DNA of 64,000 nucleotides from an archaeon. GTDB lineage: Archaea; Undinarchaeota; CAZHTU01; JBDRCC01. The translations under genes were made by a program, and so were the position numbers. Shown here one piece after another: positions 57,532-64,000 of the stretch. The notes below the pieces were generated by a model, which saw only the letters and a program-made list of their open reading frames with translations, searched no databases and was not told where the DNA came from. Position 1 is the first letter of the stretch; the number at the start of each line of letters is the position of its first letter. The stretch lies in NCBI GenBank assembly GCA_043822065.1, contig JBDRCC010000007.1, forward strand, positions 64,001 through 128,000, in the 5' to 3' direction.

Positions 57532-57615
57532 GCTTTATTATTCTCTCTTTTAGTTTATAATCCTTTAGGTTCAGTATAGTTTTTTGCATCAGCTTTTTTA
57601 GAAAAAAAGCTGAAG

Positions 57616-57689
57616 TGGACCCGTCGGGATTTGAACCCGAGGCCTCCTGCTTGCAAAGCAGGCGCGCTACCAGTCTGCGCCACGGGCCC
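57616..57689 (-). tRNA. tRNA-Ala (TGC)
   Basis: GGGCCCG/CGGGTCC with G3:U70; CCTGC-TTTGCAA-GCAGG. Confidence 0.97.
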
Positions 57690-57722
57690 ATCAAGCAGAC
57701 TAAGCAGAAGTCGATACGAGTG

Positions 57723-58079
57723 TTACTTCTTTGCTTCTTTCTTTTCCGGCTCTTTCTTGGCGGGCTCCTTCTTCGCTGCGTCCGCGCCTGCCGGCTTGGC
57801 CTCGCCCGGCTTGGCTTCTGCTGCACCTTCCGCCGGCGCTGCGCCCGGAGCTGCCCCTGCTGCCGCGGCCTTTGCCGCTGCCTCGGCTGCCTTCTTGACC
57901 GCCTCTTCAGCCTTCTTGCTAGCGTTTGCCTTGAGCTGAGCTTCGTGCTCGCGCCTTATTTTGTCGAGCTGATCCTTTGAGAAGACCTTGTGTGCGTAAG
58001 GGTTGCACCTCTTGCAGAGGCTAAGCCTGTTAACAAGCTTTTCCGCCCCGCAACATATGCATCGCTCTTTGGTCTTCAT
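57723..58079 (-). CDS. Small C4 zinc-finger protein with an A/K/P/E tail
   Basis: MKTKERCICCG...LCKRC; TATATATAA upstream; start corrected to 58079. Confidence 0.75.
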   Translation of the reverse strand: MKTKERCICCGAEKLVNRLSLCKRCNPYAHKVFSKDQLDKIRREHEAQLKANASKKAEEAVKKAAEAAAKAAAAGAAPGAAPAEGAAEAKPGEAKPAGADAAKKEPAKKEPEKKEAKK

Positions 58080-58134
58080 AAGGTACTCAATATACTCAAT
58101 TAACCTTATATATATGTTTCCATTACCAAACGGT

Positions 58135-59169
58135 ATGCGGTCGAATATGTGGCAGCTCGACTTGTCCAATAAAATTTCTGGGCGGACTTGGTGGTGGTGG
58201 TTCTGGATACTCTTCATCCACAACAAGCGCCAGCCTTCACGGCCTGACCAGCTTATGGTTCTGTGGTCCACCCGCGATGTTGACAGCATAAAAGTCAACG
58301 ACATGCCCATCACAATAGACCGGTCAGCCCAGACTCCCTCCAAATTCCACGGTGCGGTCGCCGCCTGGAACTGCATGGGCGGAAAAATGGCTAACGATTT
58401 TATTCTGGAGGAGTGCGATTTGGAAATCCGGGGCAAAGCACTTTCCTGCAGCACAAAAAATGACTACTCTTTCGCAGAAACCAAGAACGGCTTTTCCGCT
58501 AACCTAGCAAAAACCGGGCTGCCGCACTCGTTCAGCATGGAGTACGAGCCGGGCCTTCCGCTGGTTGAAAGCAGCTATTACCCCATAGGAAAATACGGCT
58601 TTGACATACACGCGGTCGAGCGCATGAAGCTGTCTGGAAAGCGTGCCGGGAAAAAAATAAGCGGAACCGCATACTTTCAGAGGGTTACAGTAAATGCCCC
58701 CGCAATACCCTGGTACTGGGGGGTAAACCACTTTGAAAACGGAAGCGTCCTGCTTTACAACTCGCCGCATATGGGCGTTGACCTCATGGCTTCAATCCAA
58801 AAGAAGTTCCACCCGCTCCGGCACGGCATACTTGCGCTTCCCGGGCATGTCAGCCTCTTTGACCCAGATTCCAAGAGCTGGTCCAAGTACGGCAACGTAA
58901 AGGTCGCATACTCCAAAAACGGCATGGGCCTCCCTGTCTGGGAGGTGTATGCCAACCGCAGAGGAAATCGCATCCGCTTTACTGTTGACAGCTATGCGCA
59001 TGCATACTGGAAATTCCAGCTTCCGCAGACCTTTGGCGGCCTTTTCTACTATAACGAGTATCCGGTGGAGGTGGCTGACTTTAAGCTAACTGGCGAGAAA
59101 GAGTTGTCACTCTCAGATCTTGGGTATGGGTACGGCAATTCGGAGCACTCTGTCGGGCTCTTATTATAG
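58135..59169 (+). CDS. Aromatic-rich beta protein (tocopherol cyclase/AttH-like fold suspected)
   Basis: WWWWFW, GTAYFQ.V, PWYWG..HF..GS, G.SEH. Confidence 0.7.
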   Translation: MRSNMWQLDLSNKISGRTWWWWFWILFIHNKRQPSRPDQLMVLWSTRDVDSIKVNDMPITIDRSAQTPSKFHGAVAAWNCMGGKMANDFILEECDLEIRGKALSCSTKNDYSFAETKNGFSANLAKTGLPHSFSMEYEPGLPLVESSYYPIGKYGFDIHAVERMKLSGKRAGKKISGTAYFQRVTVNAPAIPWYWGVNHFENGSVLLYNSPHMGVDLMASIQKKFHPLRHGILALPGHVSLFDPDSKSWSKYGNVKVAYSKNGMGLPVWEVYANRRGNRIRFTVDSYAHAYWKFQLPQTFGGLFYYNEYPVEVADFKLTGEKELSLSDLGYGYGNSEHSVGLLL

Positions 59170-61134
59170 CTAAAGCTTGAGGAGCCTGTCTTCCAGTATC
59201 TCTCTCAAATATCGCAAAACTTCGCCCTCAGCCAGTATATACTCCTCGCCTATCGTGTTCTGGCATATTTTCAAGCCCTCGGTGACAAACTCTTTGAAAA
59301 TCGGCTCCATACCATCGCCTATGTAGCCCAGGAGGTCCGCCCTTATCAGCCACATCGCAAGTATAATCTTCTGGACGCGTACGTCGGTCGCCATGAACGC
59401 TGCGCGGAAGAACTCTTTCCATTTTTTCTTCCGTAGGGTGGATAGGATGGTTTTCATCCGCTCAAAGCCTATTATATCCTCGACAGCCAGGAAGCATGTC
59501 TTGTCCAGGTTTTTTGCGTGTGTTGGGGAGAACCGCTTCTCGTTGTCCTCCATGAGCTTTTTGTACACATAGTACGAGCAGTAAATGTCGTAGAGCCTGT
59601 ACCTCTTTTTCACCCACTCGAACTTATCTCTGTCGTCTCTGAGCAGGCGCGCTATAGCCTGTGAGGCGGCATCGCCTTTCTTAGCGTGGGCGTGCATGCT
59701 CCTGGCAAAGAGGCTGTAGGTCTTGCCAAGGAACCGGATGTAGAATGCGAGCTTGTCCTTTTCCTCGTCGCTCCTCCCCTTTATGCGGCTTATTATCTCG
59801 CGCAGGACCTCCTCATTTTCCACCATTACTTCCCACCTCTCGGCATGCTTCCGTTGCCTGAAGAGGCATAGTCCAATGTCATCAAGCACCCGCGCCGTTA
59901 TCTCGAGCTTTTTGAGCTTTGTCTTGAAGCCTATCTTGCTGAGCTTTTTTCTCGCTTCGCTGAGTATTGCCATCGCGCCGCCGAAGTCATCCGCCTTTAT
60001 GCGTGCGCTCGCGTCATTCAGCTGGAGCTCAAGGGATGTCAGGTCGGTGATTGGGCGTATCTCCAGGTCGGCTGGCGCCTCGGCTTCCTCCTCCTCTGAA
60101 GGCTCCTTCCACTTAAAGCCTGGGAAGTACTCAGGCGCCGCGCTTGTGCCCTGCTCTATGTACTCCATCCAGTTTTCTCCTTCCTCTGCTGCAGCGGTGT
60201 GCTTTGTCTCCTTTACAGTCCGGGAAATCTCCTCTGCCTTGGAGAAGTCTTCTATCGCCATCTTCAGCAGCTCCGCCCGGCCTCTGCCGCCTTTCGCCCT
60301 TGCCTCATAATCCCAGAGGTCCTCCCTCGCCTTACCCGCGCAGTAGTAGGCGCACACCGCGGCGCTCTTTATCTGAGCATCATCCAGCGTCTCCCTGACC
60401 GCGATGCTTTCCTCCATAGCCTGTATGAACTTCTTGGTCTCGTCAAAAATCCTGCCTGCGGTCTCGTACCGCCTCGTTATCTCCTCCGACTTCTTCTCCA
60501 TCCTGAATTTTGAGAGGTAGCTGTAAGCCCTGCCGAGGTTAAGCCCGACGAAGAACATGTAGACCGACTTCGGGTCCTCCGGCACCACGACTGGGGCAAG
60601 CGTACCCTCAGACAGCGGCTTTTGGTCGAAAAGGAACTTTGCTGCCTCCACAAAGCTGTCCCTTGCCCGAAGGTAGCTCTCCTCCGCCTGCTTGTAGAGG
60701 CCCCGCGACTCTTTCGCCCTGCCATCCCTGATGTAGAATTTCCCTAAGCCGTAATGGAGCTGGAGGATGTATGCTGCGCGGATGCTGTAAATCCCCTTGT
60801 CCCGCTCTGTCAGGTACTTGAGGCGCTCCCCCATTTTTACGTACTTGTCAAAAATCTTGCTGTCCGAGGTGGTTATGGCGGCGTCCTCAAACTCAAAGTC
60901 GGCTATGAACTTTACAAGAACCTTCGCAAATTCAGGCATGTAGACCAGCGTCAGGTACTTCTCCCATGCCGCCCCGCCCCTTTGCCCGCTTGCGATGCAA
61001 TGGAGGAGCGGCTGCAGCTGGTATTCTGCTTGTAAAACTCCAGGCAGTTCCCTCGGCTGCTTCACATTGTGCATGTCCGACAAGCGCTCGATTATCCTGC
61101 TTATCTCTGCGCTGGACCTGTTCTCATCAAGCAT
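59170..61134 (-). CDS. Large helical-repeat (TPR-like) protein
   Basis: Repeated helical motifs such as HYGLGKFY, LGRAY and IGLCLF. Confidence 0.7.
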   Translation of the reverse strand: MLDENRSSAEISRIIERLSDMHNVKQPRELPGVLQAEYQLQPLLHCIASGQRGGAAWEKYLTLVYMPEFAKVLVKFIADFEFEDAAITTSDSKIFDKYVKMGERLKYLTERDKGIYSIRAAYILQLHYGLGKFYIRDGRAKESRGLYKQAEESYLRARDSFVEAAKFLFDQKPLSEGTLAPVVVPEDPKSVYMFFVGLNLGRAYSYLSKFRMEKKSEEITRRYETAGRIFDETKKFIQAMEESIAVRETLDDAQIKSAAVCAYYCAGKAREDLWDYEARAKGGRGRAELLKMAIEDFSKAEEISRTVKETKHTAAAEEGENWMEYIEQGTSAAPEYFPGFKWKEPSEEEEAEAPADLEIRPITDLTSLELQLNDASARIKADDFGGAMAILSEARKKLSKIGFKTKLKKLEITARVLDDIGLCLFRQRKHAERWEVMVENEEVLREIISRIKGRSDEEKDKLAFYIRFLGKTYSLFARSMHAHAKKGDAASQAIARLLRDDRDKFEWVKKRYRLYDIYCSYYVYKKLMEDNEKRFSPTHAKNLDKTCFLAVEDIIGFERMKTILSTLRKKKWKEFFRAAFMATDVRVQKIILAMWLIRADLLGYIGDGMEPIFKEFVTEGLKICQNTIGEEYILAEGEVLRYLREILEDRLLKL

Positions 61135-61181
61135 GCGTAGAATAGCGCGCTCTTAGTATAAATAGTTTAAAGAAAGAAGGA

Positions 61182-61255
61182 TGGGCCCAACGGGAATTGA
61201 ACCCGCGACCTACCGGTTAAGAGCCGGTCGCTCTACCAGCCTGAGCTATGGACCC
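61182..61255 (-). tRNA. tRNA-Lys (CTT)
   Basis: GGGTCCA/TGGGCCC; ACCGG-CTCTTAA-CCGGT. Confidence 0.96.
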
Positions 61256-61299
61256 ATAAGTGGAATTCAGTATACTGAACTAAGTTTATAACTTTTCTC

Positions 61300-61794
61300 T
61301 TATTTCTTTTTTGCAGCCTGAGGCTTCTTTTGGGAGATTTTGCCGCCGGCTACGAGGGACGGGTTGGCTTTGGCTATCCTTTCAAGGGTTTGGTCGTCAA
61401 GCTGCGGGCTGAACTCGTTGCTCGCCGGAACCTGCCCAAGCAGGAACCCGCTCGGGTTTGTCTCGGCAAGCGCCCTGAGCAAATCAGGGTACGGCTTCCT
61501 CGGCGGCTCCTTCGGCACAATTTTGCCCTCCTTTACCCTCTGAACATACTCCTTGTCCGCACTAAGCATTTCTGCCCTTACTTTGGATATTTTGTCGGCA
61601 AGCTCGAATGGCGCCTTTGTAGCCTTTATGGCGTCCAAAAATGACGCAACAAAGCTGATAAGGGACCAGAATGAAAGCGCGAAAATGGCAAAAACAAGCG
61701 CAGACTGCCATATGGGCAGAAGAAGATATGCATAAGTCGCGTAGGCGGCTAAGACCGCCAATATTATGCTAGTTGCTATTGATAGTACTCTCAT
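61300..61794 (-). CDS. Membrane protein downstream of L37e
   Basis: Two TM helices; TAATG coupling to rpl37e. Confidence 0.7.
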   Translation of the reverse strand: MRVLSIATSIILAVLAAYATYAYLLLPIWQSALVFAIFALSFWSLISFVASFLDAIKATKAPFELADKISKVRAEMLSADKEYVQRVKEGKIVPKEPPRKPYPDLLRALAETNPSGFLLGQVPASNEFSPQLDDQTLERIAKANPSLVAGGKISQKKPQAAKKK

Positions 61795-61979
61795 TAAACG
61801 AGTCTGACCTTGTTAAGGTCCTTGTTCTGCCAATCATAGTTTCTGAGCTTTTTGCTCCTTCCGTAGCCGCAAGCCGCGCAGATGCTCTTCTTTTTGTGGT
61901 ATGCGTGCCTGCCGCACCGCCTGCAGACTATGTGCAAACTGTTCTGCCGCTTTCCGAACGATGGAGTTCCTTTGCCCAT
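61794..61979 (-). CDS. rpl37e: 50S ribosomal protein eL37
   Basis: [21 protein letters not shown]. Confidence 0.97.
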   Translation of the reverse strand: MGKGTPSFGKRQNSLHIVCRRCGRHAYHKKKSICAACGYGRSKKLRNYDWQNKDLNKVRLV

Positions 61980-62206
61980 TATTGCACCGTTTCGGGCGAG
62001 ATGTAAACTACAGTGTCGCCCCTCAGCAGGACCCTGCCGAGCTTTATATGCCCGCCGTTGCTCATGTCTTCGGCGTCGTCAAGCACGAGGTTCATGTGGA
62101 TGTCAAAGGCTTTTAACTTGCCCCTGAAGTCCTTATTGTCCTTGAGCCGGACTAGTACATTGCTCTCAATCGCCGTCTTCAAAAAATCAAAAGGTCGGTC
62201 GGACAT
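61979..62206 (-). CDS. Sm-like archaeal protein (SmAP/Lsm)
   Basis: [24 protein letters not shown]; usual linkage to L37e. Confidence 0.96.
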   Translation of the reverse strand: MSDRPFDFLKTAIESNVLVRLKDNKDFRGKLKAFDIHMNLVLDDAEDMSNGGHIKLGRVLLRGDTVVYISPETVQ

Positions 62207-62312
62207 GGTGGTATAGATTATCCGAGTTGGTATTTAAAGGTTTTGCAATCCAGAAAATCCCCGGGCACAAATCAAAAACCATTTAAACGTGCCGCCCTAA
62301 TTCTATCGCACA

Positions 62313-62702
62313 ATGGTATGGCAAGGAAGGTCACTTAGAAAGCCGTCCGGCGCAAGGATTCGCTCCGCCCGGAAGAAGAGGCGGTTTGAGTACGGCAGGG
62401 AAGCCACAGAAACCAAGATAGGCGAAAGGAAAATCAAGTCAATCCGCTCCCGTGGTGGCAAGACAAGCACCATATACCTCCAGGCAAAGTACGTCAATGT
62501 TTACAATCCAAAGACGAAGAAATGCATAAAAAGCACAATCAAGAGCGTCCTCGAGAACCCTGCTGACCCGCACTATGTAAGGCGGAATATCATCACAAAG
62601 AACGCCGTTCTCGACACCGAAGCAGGCAAGGTCAAAGTCACGAACCGGCCGGGCCAAGAGGGCTGCGTTAACGCGATACTGCTCGAGCCAAAATCGAAAT
62701 AA
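62313..62702 (+). CDS. rps8e: 30S ribosomal protein eS8
   Basis: RKPSG, ENPAD..YVRRNIITK, RPGQEG. Confidence 0.97.
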   Translation: MVWQGRSLRKPSGARIRSARKKRRFEYGREATETKIGERKIKSIRSRGGKTSTIYLQAKYVNVYNPKTKKCIKSTIKSVLENPADPHYVRRNIITKNAVLDTEAGKVKVTNRPGQEGCVNAILLEPKSK

Positions 62703-63115
62703 TGCCAGACTGCATATTCTGCAAGATACTCGCTGGGCAAATCCCTGCGCACATGATTTACACTAACGACTCAGCCGCGAGCTTTCTAGACATAAGCCCC
62801 GCGGCGGAGGGTCATTCGCTTGTAGTCCCCAAAAAGCACTATGAGACGCTCTCAGACATTCCCTCTGAAGAGTTCAAAAACCTGATGTCTGCTGTCAAAA
62901 AGGTTGCTAACGCCGTTGTTGCTTCCACAGCGTCTACGGGGTTCAATATTATCCAGGCCAACAAGCCCTCTGCCGGGCAGGTTGTGCCGCACGTGCATTT
63001 TCATGTAGTCCCAAGGAAAGACGGCGACGGCCTGCAGATGGACTTCAACCGCAAAAGCCCCACGCCGGAGCAGCTCAAGTCGACTGCGGGCAGAATCCGG
63101 CAGGCAATCCAATAA
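62702..63115 (+). CDS. HIT-family nucleotide hydrolase
   Basis: CIFCKI, GH.LVVPK.H, AGQVVPHVHFH. Confidence 0.95.
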   Translation: MPDCIFCKILAGQIPAHMIYTNDSAASFLDISPAAEGHSLVVPKKHYETLSDIPSEEFKNLMSAVKKVANAVVASTASTGFNIIQANKPSAGQVVPHVHFHVVPRKDGDGLQMDFNRKSPTPEQLKSTAGRIRQAIQ

Positions 63116-63137
63116 GATTTGTCATTGTGCGGCAGGA

Positions 63138-63410
63138 CTATTCATATATAGAATAGTTCGTGACCTTTCTGACCCTCAGCTCTTCGGTCTTCAGCACTTT
63201 TTCGCCCTTGTGCAGCTTTACGCCCTTGTAGGGGTTCGCAGGGCAGTCGTAGCAAGCCTCAGAAATCTCATAGTCATAAGAGGGCTCGTCCTCAAAGCAC
63301 CCCGACGGCATGCCTATGTGCATCCTGCCGCGGGAGCAGGAGCACTCAAAGGGCCTGAGCATGAACTCCTTGGCATGCCCGTGCTTGTCCGCCTTGTAAC
63401 GCGTTACCAT
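63138..63410 (-). CDS. Small Cys-containing hypothetical protein
   Basis: CSC, C and CYDC; AAAGGTTATTAA upstream. Confidence 0.55.
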   Translation of the reverse strand: MVTRYKADKHGHAKEFMLRPFECSCSRGRMHIGMPSGCFEDEPSYDYEISEACYDCPANPYKGVKLHKGEKVLKTEELRVRKVTNYSIYE

Positions 63411-63495
63411 AATTAAAATCTAGTTTTTGCCCTTAATAACCCTTTCTAAGCCTGCTATAAAAGTATAAAACCAGCCTATGATTTATACCCTTGGA

Positions 63496-64000
63496 ATGCA
63501 GCAGGACATACTGAAAAAATCGAGGTCCGCACGGCTCCCGCCAGGCTCGCTCGTTCAGCCCGGCGCTGGGAAAGGTATCAGCTCGAAAATTACGCTATTT
63601 GAGTACAACGGCAAGACTTATTCTGAGCGGGTTGTAAACTCTGCAGACGAATGCTTCCCCTCAAAAAAATCCTCAAACGTCAGCTGGATAAATGTCGACG
63701 GCCTGAACCCGGACGTGATAAACTCTCTTGGCAAGAGCTTTGGCATTCACCCAATGGTCCAGGAGGACATATTGGACACAGGCCAGAGGCCCAAGACTGA
63801 GGTTTTTGACAATTACATTTATATGGTATTCAAGCAAATCCACTTCGATGCGACTGCGAACAGGATAAACGACGAGCAGATAAGCCTTCTAATCGGATCC
63901 AATTTTGTCATCTCTTTTCAAGAGGTGCCGGGTGACGGGTTTGACCCTGTTCGGGACAGGATTCGAAAGAACACGGGCAGGATTCGCTCAATGGGCGCGG
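63496..64000 (+). CDS. corA: Magnesium/cobalt transporter CorA, 3'-truncated by the window
   Basis: Translated by hand: LPPGSL, WINVDG, IHPMVQEDILDTGQRPK, EQISL, SFQE. Confidence 0.93.
   Translation, partial: MQQDILKKSRSARLPPGSLVQPGAGKGISSKITLFEYNGKTYSERVVNSADECFPSKKSSNVSWINVDGLNPDVINSLGKSFGIHPMVQEDILDTGQRPKTEVFDNYIYMVFKQIHFDATANRINDEQISLLIGSNFVISFQEVPGDGFDPVRDRIRKNTGRIRSMGA

Noticed and set aside
58080-58454. Upstream part of ORF 57723..58454
   Set aside because: Antisense to the 58135 gene and crosses the divergent promoter; the likely start is 58079
1537-61255. att-like duplications for tRNAs other than Ser
   Set aside because: Only matches of about 9 nt or less were found by eye, which is within chance
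1-64000. Many antisense and alternate-frame ORFs of 60-250 aa in the track
   Set aside because: Shadows of well-supported genes, with no motifs, promoters or RBS of their own

Overview
Archaeal chromosomal segment, most consistent with a DPANN-type lineage. This placement is inferred from archaeal ribosomal and RNAP genes, TATA-led mostly leaderless genes, a short RpoD, and isoprenoid/CoA genes missing from their usual operons. Core content: cbf5, a DEAD-box helicase, cysS, gltX, leuS, enolase, the S13-S4-S11-rpoD-tRNA-L18e-L13-S9-rpoN-tRNA-rpoK-S2-Memo1-RNase J cluster, L7Ae-S28e-L24e, aIF5B-S6e-aIF2g-PIN-ppa-rpoE-spt4-S24e-S27ae, Sm-L37e, S8e-HIT, corA and 9 tRNAs (Trp with an intron). Accessory content: Na/Pi symporter plus PhoU, HypA plus Mrp ATPase, a membrane Na+-PPase, tryptophanase, a radical SAM-HhH/DUF4130 pair, and Cys-rich secreted, TPR and orphan proteins next to tRNAs. 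No CRISPR array, transposase or integrase was seen. Most notable: (1) an integrase-less 1.1 kb single-gene cassette bounded by a 15-bp duplication of the tRNA-Ser 3' end and carrying a PLA2-like secreted protein; (2) a soluble PPase homolog with an eroded active site, kept intact near a Na+-pumping PPase; (3) a structured leader before the S13 operon; (4) K/A/P/E tails on many ribosomal proteins, plus an unknown zinc-finger protein with the same tail; (5) the rpoN stop codon inside tRNA-Pro; (6) a convergent-promoter micro-locus resembling a type I toxin-antitoxin. Family assignments come from motif recognition by eye; no searches or folding programs were run.
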